From an uncultured Candidatus Rokubacteria bacterium (lineage in GTDB: Bacteria > Methylomirabilota > Methylomirabilia > Rokubacteriales > CSP1-6), in assembly GCA_963789955.1 (NCBI GenBank), contig CAWBMV010000012.1, positions 96,001-160,000 of the forward strand: 64,000 nucleotides of DNA, in the 5' to 3' direction. The notes beneath the pieces were generated by a model. That model ran no database searches. It saw only the letters and a list, made by a program, of their open reading frames with translations, and was not told where the DNA came from. Shown piece after piece: positions 1 through 9,531 of this stretch. The position numbers and the translations under genes are program-made. How positions within the stretch are numbered: the first letter of the stretch is position 1; each line of letters begins with the position of its first letter.

Positions 1-59
1 CGCCATCGCGCTCCGGAACACCCGCGCCGCCGGAAACAGGGCGGCAGGAGACGAAGGCG

Positions 60-1550
60 ATGATCTCGCATCCCGACAAGCGCGCGCCGCTCGCCCTCGA
101 CCCCGCGCAGTTCCGCCGCCTCGCGCACGCGGCGGTCGATCTCGTCGCCGACTATCTCGCCGGGGTCGGCGCGGCGCCCGTCTTCCGGCCGATGACTCCC
201 AGCGAGCGGACGACCCTGATGCAGGAGCCGCTCGAAGCCGCCGGCGTCGCTCCGGAAGCCATGCTCGAGCGCTTTCGCACGGCCGTCTTGCCACACGCGA
301 TGGGCAACGGCCATCCGCGGTTCTTCGGCTGGGTGAACTCGCCGCCTGCACCGGTCGGCATCGTCGCCGACTTTCTCGCCGCCGCGATGAACCCGAGCTG
401 CGCGGGCGGCGACCACGCGGCGGTCTACGTCGAGCGGGCCGCCGTCCGCTGGCTCATGGAGCTGATCGGGTTTCCGACCGAGGACAGCATGGGGCTTCTG
501 GTGAGCGGCGGATCGGCGGCGACCCTGATCGCGCTCGCCGCGGCCCGCCACCGCGCCGCGCTCCAGGACGGCTGGAACGTGCGAACCGAAGGCCTGCAGC
601 ATGCTCGCCCGGCGCTCCGTCTCTACATCTCCCCGGACGGCCACAGCTGTATCCAGAAGGCGGCCGAGATCCTCGGCCTCGGGGTTCACGCGATCCACAA
701 GGTCGCCGCCGACGAGCGCGGCCGGATGGACGTCGCCTCGCTGCGCGCCGCGGTCGCCGCCGACCGCGCCCAGGGCCACCGCCCATTCTGCGTGGCGGCC
801 AGCGCGGGGACCGTGGGCACGGGCGCGATCGATCCGCTCGGAGAGATCGCCGACCTCTGCGCCGCGGAGCGCCTGTGGCTCCACGTCGACGGCGCCTACG
901 GCGCGGTCGCCGCCGTGCTCCCGAGTCACCGCGCGCGCTACGCCGGCCTCGAGCGCGCCGACTCGGTCGCGCTCGACCCGCACAAATGGTTGTCGGTGCC
1001 GGTCGAGTGTGGCGCTGTCCTCGTCCGCGACGGCCGGCTGTTGCGCGAGGCATTCAGCCTGGTTCCCGACTATCTCCGTACGGAAGCCGACCGCGGCTTC
1101 GGCGGCCTGCCGTGGTACTCGGAGTACGGCATCCAGCAAACCCGAGGCTTCCGAGCCCTCAAGCTCTGGATGACGCTCAAGCAGCTCGGCCGCGATGGCG
1201 TGCGTGATATGGTCGCGCGCCATCTGGCGCTCGCCCAGCATCTGGCTGGGCTCGTCGACGCCGCGCCGGATCTCGAGCGGCTCGGTCACGTCGAGCTTTC
1301 GATCGTCTGCTTCCGCTACGCGCCTCCGGGTCTCAAGGGAGACGATCGCGCCCTCGATGCGCTCAACAAGCGCGTGATGGAGGAGGTGCAGGCCTCCGGC
1401 GCGGCATTCCTGACGCAGACCACCTTGCGCGACCGCTTCGCCCTGCGCGCGTGCATCCTGCACTACGCGACGACGGAAGCGGATCTCGCGGCGCTCGTCG
1501 AGTGCGTGCGGACGACCGGCGCGCGACTCGCTGCGCGCGGATCCACCTGA
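60..1550 (+). CDS. PLP-dependent decarboxylase, group II (aromatic-L-amino-acid/DDC-GAD family)
   Basis: 496-aa ORF with HPRFFG, SGGS, AGTVGTGAIDP, WLHVDGAYG and DPHKW (PLP lysine) motifs. Confidence 0.92.
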   Translation: MISHPDKRAPLALDPAQFRRLAHAAVDLVADYLAGVGAAPVFRPMTPSERTTLMQEPLEAAGVAPEAMLERFRTAVLPHAMGNGHPRFFGWVNSPPAPVGIVADFLAAAMNPSCAGGDHAAVYVERAAVRWLMELIGFPTEDSMGLLVSGGSAATLIALAAARHRAALQDGWNVRTEGLQHARPALRLYISPDGHSCIQKAAEILGLGVHAIHKVAADERGRMDVASLRAAVAADRAQGHRPFCVAASAGTVGTGAIDPLGEIADLCAAERLWLHVDGAYGAVAAVLPSHRARYAGLERADSVALDPHKWLSVPVECGAVLVRDGRLLREAFSLVPDYLRTEADRGFGGLPWYSEYGIQQTRGFRALKLWMTLKQLGRDGVRDMVARHLALAQHLAGLVDAAPDLERLGHVELSIVCFRYAPPGLKGDDRALDALNKRVMEEVQASGAAFLTQTTLRDRFALRACILHYATTEADLAALVECVRTTGARLAARGST

Positions 1551-1556
1551 CCTGCC

Positions 1557-2414
1557 TCAGGTCTCCCACCAGCGGGCGATCTCGCCGTCGAGCACGCGAA
1601 GGTCCGCGTATCGGCGCTCGACCTCGTCGATGAACCGTTCGGCGTCGGTCGCCGACGGGATCAGGTCGAGCGGGGAGACCGCGAAGTCGTAGACCGACAG
1701 CCGCTCGGTCGGCAGGACCACATCGAGACCCAGCACGTCAGTGTTCCGGTGGCGGAGCACGCGCTCGTAGACTCCGGCGTAGACCGCGGGATCGTAGGGA
1801 CTCGTCGCGGAATCTCCGCCCGCGATCACCGCGAGGCTCCGCCAGAGATCCCGGAGCACGTGGGGCGGCGCGTCCTCTCGCTCGCGAGGGTGCAGGGGCT
1901 CGGCGGCCCGTCGCTCGCGCTGCGCTTCGAGAAAGCTCCGCACCTCGCGCGACGGCGTGGCGATCACGAACCGGCACGACGGCGACGCCAGGAGAGCTTC
2001 GGCCCGATCGTCGATCGGCCGGGCCAGCTCGACGAAACGATTGCCGACGAAGGGTGTTTCGCCGACCAGGAGATGCTCGGGCTCCCGATATCGCGCGCTC
2101 CACCCGGCCACGGCGTCGCGGACCCAGAGGCCGGCGGCTCGTCTGATCACCGCGTGCGTGACGCCGTCGAGCACCGGATATCGCCGGCCCGCCGGGCTGG
2201 CCTCGAACACCGGACGGGCGACGTCCCACTGCAGCAGGTGAACCTGGCGTCCGGCGCCGCTCGCGACGTGGACGAGCTGGTGGGCGAGAAGACTCTTGCC
2301 CGTGCCCGGCAGCCCCGCGAAGAAGACCATGCGCCGGGCGGCCAGTGCGCGGATCCGATCCGCGAGCCGGCGATCCGAGTCCACCACGATGCGAGAAGCC
2401 CGCGCGTCGCTCAT
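1557..2414 (-). CDS. Hypothetical P-loop NTPase-like protein
   Basis: 285-aa ORF with coding-like composition and a Walker A motif (GLPGTGKS) near the N-terminus; no family recognised. Confidence 0.7.
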   Translation of the reverse strand: MSDARASRIVVDSDRRLADRIRALAARRMVFFAGLPGTGKSLLAHQLVHVASGAGRQVHLLQWDVARPVFEASPAGRRYPVLDGVTHAVIRRAAGLWVRDAVAGWSARYREPEHLLVGETPFVGNRFVELARPIDDRAEALLASPSCRFVIATPSREVRSFLEAQRERRAAEPLHPREREDAPPHVLRDLWRSLAVIAGGDSATSPYDPAVYAGVYERVLRHRNTDVLGLDVVLPTERLSVYDFAVSPLDLIPSATDAERFIDEVERRYADLRVLDGEIARWWET

Positions 2415-2444
2415 GCGGAGAGGCTCAGCCTATCACGCGTCCGC

Positions 2445-2473
2445 TTGACAGCCCGCCGCGCGCCCTGTACATA
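2445..2473 (+). promoter_or_regulatory. Sigma-70-type promoter of the TetR-PaaA-like operon
   Basis: TTGACA (2445-2450), 17-nt spacer, TACATA (2468-2473), just upstream of ATG 2496. Confidence 0.65.
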
Positions 2474-2474
2474 A

Positions 2475-2488
2475 CGAACGTACGTTAG
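2475..2488 (+). promoter_or_regulatory. PaaR-type TetR operator
   Basis: CGAACGTACGTTAG matches the pseudopalindrome CNAACGNNCGTTNG recalled for Thermus thermophilus PaaR and overlaps the predicted transcription start. Confidence 0.65.
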
Positions 2489-2495
2489 GTCCGGC

Positions 2496-3092
2496 ATGGC
2501 CGCCACGATCGTCGCCACCCACGAGCGCGCCACCGCCGCCGAGCGCATCCTGCGCGCGGCGATGATCCTGTTCCGGGAGCGCGGGTATCACGGCAGCTCG
2601 ATGCGGACCCTGGCGCGGGCGCTCCGGATGGAAGCGGCGAGCCTCTACTATCACTTCCGGTCCAAGCAAGAGATCCTGTTCGCGATCCTCGACCGCACGC
2701 TCGACGATCTCCTGGCCGGCGTGGGCCGCGCGGTCGCGTCGGCGGACGGCCCCGAGGCCCGGCTGCGAGCGGCGGTGCGTTTCCACGTGCTCTTTCATAC
2801 CGACAGTCAGCACCAGGCGTTCCTGAGCCACAGCGAGCTGCGCTCGTTGACGCAGGCCAACCTCCGGATGGTCCTGACCCGCCGGGACGAATACGAGCGC
2901 GTCTTCCGCGGCCTTCTGGCCTCCGGTGCCCGCGCCGGCGTCTTTCAGGTGGCCGACGTGCGCCTGACGGCCATGGCCATCCTCACCATGTGCACCGGCG
3001 TGGCGACGTGGTTCTCGGACGGCGGACGACTGTCGCCCGAGGCGATCGCCGACCGCTACGTCGAGATGATCCTGCGTACCGTCAAACGTTGA
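2496..3092 (+). CDS. TetR/AcrR family regulator (PaaR/KstR2-like)
   Basis: N-terminal HTH (ILRAAMILFRERGYHGSSMR...SLYYHFRSKQEIL) and a KstR2/PaaR-like C-terminus (W..DGGRLS). Confidence 0.92.
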   Translation: MAATIVATHERATAAERILRAAMILFRERGYHGSSMRTLARALRMEAASLYYHFRSKQEILFAILDRTLDDLLAGVGRAVASADGPEARLRAAVRFHVLFHTDSQHQAFLSHSELRSLTQANLRMVLTRRDEYERVFRGLLASGARAGVFQVADVRLTAMAILTMCTGVATWFSDGGRLSPEAIADRYVEMILRTVKR

Positions 3093-3107
3093 GCGAAAGG
3101 GTCCCGC

Positions 3108-3836
3108 ATGTCCGACGACAGACCATTCAGCGACAAGGTCGAGGCGCACGAGGCCCCGAAGATGCCGGCGGAGTATCAGTCGCTGCTCAAGCGCGTGCTG
3201 CGGATTCAGGCGGATTGCGAGATCGGCGGCCCGCACCTCTACGTGAGCGAATGGCTCCTGACGGCGCCGTCGGCCGACGATCAGTGGATGCTCGCCAAGG
3301 TCGCCGGCGAGGAGATCGACCACTTCCGCAAGATCAACCGGCTGCTGAACGAGCTCGGTGACGACGCCTCGGAGCTGATGTACGTCGAGCGATCGCGGCG
3401 CGACCTCGAAGCCTTTCGGCAGGCGATGCCGACATGGGCCGACGTCGCGGCGTTCGGCTTCCTGATCGACCGCGTGGGCCAGTATCAGCTCGAGGAGTTC
3501 GTCGGCTGCTCCTACCTCCCGCTCGACCGGGCGCTGCCGCGGATCCTCCAGGAGGAAAAGACGCACGTGGGCTACGGGCACGTGAAGCTCCGTGACATGG
3601 TCCGCACCGAGGAGGGCCGGACCGCGGCGCAGGCGGCGATCGATCGCTGGTATCCGCGGGGGCTCGACATGTTCGGGCGCGCCAACTCGAGGCGCGCCGC
3701 TCGCTATCAGCACTGGGGCCTCAAGCGCCGATCGAACGAGACCGCGCGGACCGAGTACGTGACCGAAGTGGCGCCGCTGATCGAGGGACTCGGGCTCACC
3801 TTGCCCGACGTCGCGTTCGACCGCCACTTCCGCTGA
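3108..3836 (+). CDS. PaaA/PaaC-family ferritin-like diiron protein (phenylacetyl-CoA epoxidase-like)
   Basis: QADCEIGG, GEEIDH, FLIDRVG.YQL, SYLPL, QEEKTH and AQAAIDRWYP..LDMFG motifs. Confidence 0.85.
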   Translation: MSDDRPFSDKVEAHEAPKMPAEYQSLLKRVLRIQADCEIGGPHLYVSEWLLTAPSADDQWMLAKVAGEEIDHFRKINRLLNELGDDASELMYVERSRRDLEAFRQAMPTWADVAAFGFLIDRVGQYQLEEFVGCSYLPLDRALPRILQEEKTHVGYGHVKLRDMVRTEEGRTAAQAAIDRWYPRGLDMFGRANSRRAARYQHWGLKRRSNETARTEYVTEVAPLIEGLGLTLPDVAFDRHFR

Positions 3837-3861
3837 GGTATCCTTCGAGGGAGGTGAGACC

Positions 3862-4593
3862 GTGACCGAGCTCGAGCGCGCCGCCCGCGACGTGGTCATC
3901 GCCAACCGAATCCTCGCCAACGAGGGCGTGGTCGACGCGTACGGCCACGTCAGCGTGCGCCATCCCGGGGACCCGACGCGCTTCCTGCTGTCGCGCTCGC
4001 TGGCCCCGGCGCTCGTCGAGCGCGGCGACATCATCGAGTTCGACCTGGAGGGCAAGGTGGTCGGCGGCGACGCGCGCCCGCCGTACCTCGAGCGGTTCAT
4101 CCACGGCGCGATCTACGAGGCGAGGCCCGAGGTGCAGGCGGTGGTCCACGCCCACGCCGAGGCGGTCCTGCCGTTCACGATCTCGACCACGCCGCTCCGC
4201 CCGGTCGTCCACATGGCGAGCTTCATCGGCGCGCGGATTCCGGTATGGGACATCCGGGACAACTTCGGCGACACGAACCTGCTCGTCGTGAACATGGCGC
4301 AGGGCCGTGATCTGGCGCGCGGCCTCGGCGCCGAGCGGGTCGTGCTGATGCGCGGCCACGGGTTCTCGGCCGCCGGCCGCTCGCTCCCGGAGGCGATCCG
4401 GATCGCGGTGTACCTGCCGCTCAACGCCCGCGTGCTGTCCGAGGCCTTGCGTCTGGGCGAGGTCAAGGCGCTCTCGCGCGGCGAGATCGACGCCCACGCC
4501 TCGATGCGGCCCGACGAGCCGTCGATGTGGCGAGCGTGGGAGTACTGGGCGGTGCGCGCGGGCTGCCGCGACCTGCTTACCGCCCGGAGCTGA
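3862..4593 (+). CDS. Class II aldolase/adducin family protein
   Basis: DAYGHVSVR, ERFIH.AIY.ARP.V.AVVHAH and LMRGHG motifs. Confidence 0.92.
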   Translation: MTELERAARDVVIANRILANEGVVDAYGHVSVRHPGDPTRFLLSRSLAPALVERGDIIEFDLEGKVVGGDARPPYLERFIHGAIYEARPEVQAVVHAHAEAVLPFTISTTPLRPVVHMASFIGARIPVWDIRDNFGDTNLLVVNMAQGRDLARGLGAERVVLMRGHGFSAAGRSLPEAIRIAVYLPLNARVLSEALRLGEVKALSRGEIDAHASMRPDEPSMWRAWEYWAVRAGCRDLLTARS

Positions 4594-5635
4594 TCGACTC
4601 CACCGGCGCCAGCTCGTAGAGCCGCCGGGTGTTCTCGTAGAGAATCTTGCGCTTCGACTCGGCGCTCAGATCTTGACGCGTGGCGAGCTCGCGGATGTTC
4701 TCCGGGAAGTCGTGGTCCCAGTGGGGCACGTCGCTCGCGTAGAAGATGATGTCGTTCCCGAGCCGCCGGATCACCTCGGGCACCGACTTCTCGTCGCCCT
4801 CCGCCGCGAAGAAGAGCTGCCCGGATCGCAAGTAGTCGCTCGGCTTCTTCCGGCAGAGCGGCGCCTCGACCTTGCGCTTCGACCACTCCTCGTCCATGCG
4901 GTCCATCCAGAACGGGAGCCAGGAGCAGCCGGCTTCCATGAAGCCGATGCGCAGGCTGGGATACTTCTCGGGCACGCCCTCGAAGATCATGCCCGTGAGC
5001 TGGATCATCTGGGCCACCGGATGCGACAGCGTGTGCACCTCGATGAACTTGTCGAATCCGTCGGCGCCGAAGAAGTGCGGGCCGCGCACGGTCGCGTGGC
5101 AGGCCACCATCGATCCCAGGCGCTCGGCCTCGGCGTAGATCGGATGGAAATCCGCGTGGCCGAGCGGCAACCGCAGCCCGACCGCCGGCGCGAAGGCCCC
5201 GGACATGCCGAGCTCGGTGACCGCGCGCCGGAGCTCCTTCACCGCCTCGGGCACGTCCTGGAACGGAAGCAACGCGACGGCCTTCAGACGCGGGCTCGCC
5301 GTGAGGAACTCCTGGTGGACGAAGTTGTTGTACGCGCGACAGATCGCGACGGCGAAGTCGGGCTCGCGGACCCAGCCGATCGCGAGGCCGCCGGTCGGAT
5401 ACAGGATCGTCGTCTCCATGCCGCCGTCGTCCATGATGCGGAGCCAGCTCTTGGCGTCGTTCACGCTGCTGCCGAGCGTTCCGCCGAGCGAGCGGTCCCA
5501 GCCGTCCTCGGGGTAGTAGGAGCGACGACCGGCAAAGGCGCCGCGCTCACCCTGTCGGCCTTCGAAGTAGGGACGGAGCTGCTCGGTCGTCTCGGTGATG
5601 TGGCCGTCGGCGTCGTTCACGCGGAACTCGAGCAT
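4577..5635 (-). CDS. Amidohydrolase_2 family protein
   Basis: DADGH, AYNN, MEAGCSW and YASDVPHWD motifs. Confidence 0.9.
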   Translation of the reverse strand: MLEFRVNDADGHITETTEQLRPYFEGRQGERGAFAGRRSYYPEDGWDRSLGGTLGSSVNDAKSWLRIMDDGGMETTILYPTGGLAIGWVREPDFAVAICRAYNNFVHQEFLTASPRLKAVALLPFQDVPEAVKELRRAVTELGMSGAFAPAVGLRLPLGHADFHPIYAEAERLGSMVACHATVRGPHFFGADGFDKFIEVHTLSHPVAQMIQLTGMIFEGVPEKYPSLRIGFMEAGCSWLPFWMDRMDEEWSKRKVEAPLCRKKPSDYLRSGQLFFAAEGDEKSVPEVIRRLGNDIIFYASDVPHWDHDFPENIRELATRQDLSAESKRKILYENTRRLYELAPVESISSGR

Positions 5636-5780
5636 CGTTCCCTCCTGGAGGCTCGGCGCCGCTTGACAGCTCCGTGCCGCGCCCGGTACAAGCGGTCAAC
5701 CTGTACCGGCGCCGAGCCACCGGATTCTGGCCGAGGCGGATGGGTAAAGGCAAGCCGAGCCGAACGAGGAGGAACGTGCG

Positions 5781-6858
5781 ATGAGCTCCCCGAAGGTGTT
5801 CATCTTCGCGCCCGTCGCGGAGGCGCGCGACAGCCACACACGGCTCGAGGCCGAAGGCTGCGAGCTGCGCCTGGGCCAGGCCGCCTGGGACACGCCGCAG
5901 GCGAACAGCGAGCCCGAGCTGGTTCGCATGGCGCAGGGCGCGCACGCGCTCATGGGCACCTCCATCCGAAATGTCCCGATCAGCCGCCGGATCATGGAGA
6001 GCTCGCCCGAGCTGCGAGTGGTCGCGAAGTACACGATCGGCGTCGACGACATCGACGTCGAGGCGGCGACCGAGATGGGGATCCTCGTCTGCCACGGCCC
6101 GACCGAGTCGAACTGGGGCGGCGTCGCGGAGGGCACGATCACGGCGATGCTCGCCATGCTCAAGAAGGTCCGCGAGCGCGACCAGCACCTCAAGGACGGC
6201 GGCACCTGGCGGGATCCGAAGCTGCAAGGGGTCTACGTCGGCTCGCGCGCCGACGGCTACACGGGCATCACCCTCGGCCTGATCGGTCTGGGCCGGATCG
6301 GCAGCCGCATCGCGACCTTGCTGCGGCCGTGGAAGATGCGGATCCTCGCGGCCGATCCGCTACGTGCCGGAGAGCAAGTTCGCGGAGCACGGCGTGACGC
6401 GCGTGGATCTCTCCACCTTGCTCCGCGAGTCGGACGTGGTGAGCCTGCACGTCGTGCTGACGCGCGAGACCCGTCACCTGATCGGCGCCGCGCAGCTGGC
6501 GCTCATGAAACGCAACGCGATCCTGATCAACACCTCGCGCGGCCCGTGCATCCAGGAGCCGGCGCTCATCGAGGCGCTGCTGAAGGGGCAGATCGGCGGC
6601 GCCGCCCTCGACGTATTCGAGGAGGAGCCGCTGGCGCTCGACAGCCAGCTGCGCAACCTCGGCGACCGGGTGCTGCTCTCGCCGCACGTGGTCTCGAACA
6701 ACGTGGGCAGCGGTCTCGGTCCCGGCATCGCCTGGGCGACCGAGTCGGTCCTGAGCGCGCTGCGGGGCGAGGTGCCCGACAACGTCTACAACAAGGACGT
6801 CATCCCGCGCTGGCAGCGCCGCTTCGGCGGCAAGAGCGTGTGGAAAGGAGCCGTGTGA
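5781..6858 (+). CDS. D-isomer-specific 2-hydroxyacid dehydrogenase (one frameshift near 6360)
   Basis: The 5781 frame gives IGVDDIDV and GLGRIG. The 6364 frame gives SDVVSLH, INTSRG, AALDVFEEEP and SPH. One extra base at gatccgc|tac joins them. Confidence 0.85.
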
Positions 6859-7358
6859 TGTCGGTCGTGTCCGGTTGGGAAGGACGGTACTTCGAAGATT
6901 TCAACGTCGGCGACGTCTACCGCTGCCGACTCGGCCGGACCTTGACCGAGGCCGACAACACCTGGTTCACCCTGCTCACCAGCAACACCAACCAGATCCA
7001 CTTCAACAGCGACTTCGCCCGGCGTACCGAGTTCGGCAAGTGCCTGATCAACAGCACGCTCACGCTCGCGATCGTGACGGGGATGGGCGTGGCGGACGTC
7101 AGCGAGAACGGCGTCGCGCTCGGCTGGGACGAGGTCAAGCTGCCGAATCCGCTCTTCGCCGGCGACACGCTCTACTCCGAGTCGCACGTGCTCGAGAAGC
7201 GCGAGTCCCGCTCGAACCCGAAGCGCGGCGTCGTCAAGGTCCGCACGCGCGGGATCCAGCAGGAGGGCAAGGTCGTCATCGACTACGTGCGCAGCGTGCT
7301 GGTGTGGAAGAAGGCTCACGCGCCGACGCGTGACCTCTTTCCAACGATCAGGGAATAA
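6858..7358 (+). CDS. MaoC family dehydratase
   Basis: GRYFEDF.VGD, RTLTEADN, NQIHF and LGWDEVKLPNPLFAGDTL; start overlaps the upstream stop, with an AAGGAG RBS. Confidence 0.9.
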   Translation: MSVVSGWEGRYFEDFNVGDVYRCRLGRTLTEADNTWFTLLTSNTNQIHFNSDFARRTEFGKCLINSTLTLAIVTGMGVADVSENGVALGWDEVKLPNPLFAGDTLYSESHVLEKRESRSNPKRGVVKVRTRGIQQEGKVVIDYVRSVLVWKKAHAPTRDLFPTIRE

Positions 7359-7382
7359 CGCCGCCGGCGCCCGACAGCGACC

Positions 7383-8441
7383 TTACGTGGAAAACCGCGG
7401 CATGACGCGGCCGGCGAAGAGCTCGAGTGTCCGGAGCGCTTCTTCGTCGCCGCTCCCGCCGAAGTTGATCTGCATCGACGGCTCGATCTCGCCGAAGACC
7501 TCGATCTGGTAGGCGAGCTGCTCGACCACTTCCTCGGGCGTGCCGATCAGCGCCTGATGGCCCTCGAGCATCGACTCGAGGGTGGTTCGGGCGATCGACT
7601 CCACCATCTTGCCGTAGCTCGCGTACTGGGCCGCCTGGTGGCTCGCCCACGAGCTGACCGCCTCGCCGAAGACCTCGATGTAGCGCTCGACGCGCGGCCG
7701 AGCGCCCTCGATGGCCTTGGCATGCGTCTCGGCGACGTAGCAGTGGAGCGAGGTCTGGACCTGCTCCTTCCCGGGCGGGTGCCCGGCTTCGCGCCAGGCC
7801 TGGCGGTAGGCCTGAACCATGCCGCGGACCTTCTCGATGCCGCCGACGTACGGCACGATCATCACGTTGTAGCCGTGACGCCCGGCCCAGACGAACGACT
7901 CGATCGACGCCACCGTGGCGATCCAGATCGGCGGGTGGGGCTTCTGGACCGGACGGGGATTCAGGTGGACGTCACGGAAGCGGTGGAACTTGCCGTCGTA
8001 GGAGACGCGGTCCTCGGTCCAGAGCCGCTTGACGATGTCGATGCCCTCCTCGAACCGGGCACGGCTCTCGTCCATGCTCACGCCGAAGACCTCGAACTCC
8101 TTGGGGATGAAGGCGCGGCCGAAGCCCACGTCGAGACGGCCGTTGCTGAGGTTGTCCAGCACCGCCAGCTCCGCGGCGAGCTTGACCGGGTTGTTGAACG
8201 CCGGGATCACCGCGCCCGTGATCGGGCGAATCCGTTGCGTGCGGGCCGCGATGGCGGCCAGGAAGACGACCGGATTCGGCGAGTGGCCGCCGTAGTCGTA
8301 GAAGTAGTGCTCGACGGCCTTCACCGAGTGGAAGCCGAGCCGATCGGCCCGCTCCGCCAGCCGCAGACACTGGGCGAAGTACTCCGCGGTCGAATAGTCG
8401 CTCGGCCGGAACGACGGGAAGAAGTTGAGGCCGAACTTCAT
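7383..8441 (-). CDS. LLM class flavin-dependent oxidoreductase
   Basis: True start MKFGLNFFP; VEHYF, LDNLSNGRLDVGFGR and PRPVQKPHPPIW motifs. Confidence 0.92.
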   Translation of the reverse strand: MKFGLNFFPSFRPSDYSTAEYFAQCLRLAERADRLGFHSVKAVEHYFYDYGGHSPNPVVFLAAIAARTQRIRPITGAVIPAFNNPVKLAAELAVLDNLSNGRLDVGFGRAFIPKEFEVFGVSMDESRARFEEGIDIVKRLWTEDRVSYDGKFHRFRDVHLNPRPVQKPHPPIWIATVASIESFVWAGRHGYNVMIVPYVGGIEKVRGMVQAYRQAWREAGHPPGKEQVQTSLHCYVAETHAKAIEGARPRVERYIEVFGEAVSSWASHQAAQYASYGKMVESIARTTLESMLEGHQALIGTPEEVVEQLAYQIEVFGEIEPSMQINFGGSGDEEALRTLELFAGRVMPRFST

Positions 8442-9523
8442 CGGCCGGCGGGGATCGTCGTCGAGCGCTCGGCGAAGTGCGGCATGACCTCGCGCGCGAA
8501 CCGCTCCATCGATTTCAGGGTGTCCCGGTGGTTGAGCTCGCCGAAGTTGAAGTACAGGATCACCTCGGAGATGCCGCCCTCCTCGCACCGCTTGAGCACC
8601 TCGATGCAGTGCTCGACGTCTCCGGTGACGATGCTCCGATCGCTCACCTGATCGGCCTTCATCGCCTTGAGCCGCTCGACGATGTCCACGAAGTACGCGA
8701 TGTGGGGTGGGGCGGTGCGTCGGTCGCTCGGAAAGACCGGCAGGATGCTGTGGAGATAGTGCAGCAGCCGCACCCGGGCGCGATCGGTCTCCTCGGCGGT
8801 GTGCGAGACGGAGACGAAGTAGCTGCACATCACCTTGGGGTCCGGATGGCCGGCGTCGCGGGCCATGCGTTTGCTCTCGCGCGCCGCGTCCTGGACCGAG
8901 CCGAACAGCATCGCCGCGGCGAAGGGCGCGAAGATCGTGTTGACGCGCAGGCGGGCCGCCAGCTCGATCGACGGCTTCGAGAAGCACGCCACGTACACCT
9001 CGGGATGCGGATGCTGCACCGGTCGCGGCAGCACCGTGAGCGGCTCCGGCGTCGAGTAGTAGCGGCCGTGGAACTCGAAGGGCGACTGCCGCCAGGCGGC
9101 CATCATGTACTCCATCTGCTCGTCGAAGACCGCGCGGCTGTCGGCAAACGATGCGCCGAACGGCGTGTACTCGCCCTGATCGTAGCCGCGTCCGGCCGAG
9201 AACACCGCGCGCCCGCCGCTCAAGAGATCCAGCAGGTTGAACTCCTCGACCATCCGGAGCGGATGATTGATCGGAAGCACGACGGTCGCGGGACCGAGCT
9301 TGAGCCGCTTGGTGCGATTGGCGATGTGGGCCAGGAACATCGTCGGTGAGGGCAGGATGCCGAAGCGACCGAAGTGGTGCTCCGGCACCCAGGCGCTGTG
9401 GTAGCCCATCGCCTCCGCCTCGACGCACTCCTCGACGACCTCGAGCAGGAAGCGGTTCGGATCGCGCCGGTTCGGGCCGTAGGCCGGCGGATTGTCGGTG
9501 AGGGTGAAGTAGCCGAACTTCAT
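8438..9523 (-). CDS. LLM class flavin-dependent oxidoreductase
   Basis: True start MKFGYFTLTDNP; WVPEHHF, LDLLSGGR...AGRGY and PRPVQHPHP motifs. Confidence 0.92.
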   Translation of the reverse strand: MKFGYFTLTDNPPAYGPNRRDPNRFLLEVVEECVEAEAMGYHSAWVPEHHFGRFGILPSPTMFLAHIANRTKRLKLGPATVVLPINHPLRMVEEFNLLDLLSGGRAVFSAGRGYDQGEYTPFGASFADSRAVFDEQMEYMMAAWRQSPFEFHGRYYSTPEPLTVLPRPVQHPHPEVYVACFSKPSIELAARLRVNTIFAPFAAAMLFGSVQDAARESKRMARDAGHPDPKVMCSYFVSVSHTAEETDRARVRLLHYLHSILPVFPSDRRTAPPHIAYFVDIVERLKAMKADQVSDRSIVTGDVEHCIEVLKRCEEGGISEVILYFNFGELNHRDTLKSMERFAREVMPHFAERSTTIPAGR

Positions 9524-9531
9524 GACCGCAT

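Noticed and set aside
5781..7358. Apparent dehydrogenase-MaoC fusion (525-aa ORF)
   Set aside because: Artefact of the frameshift near 6360; MaoC has its own RBS and start at 6858.
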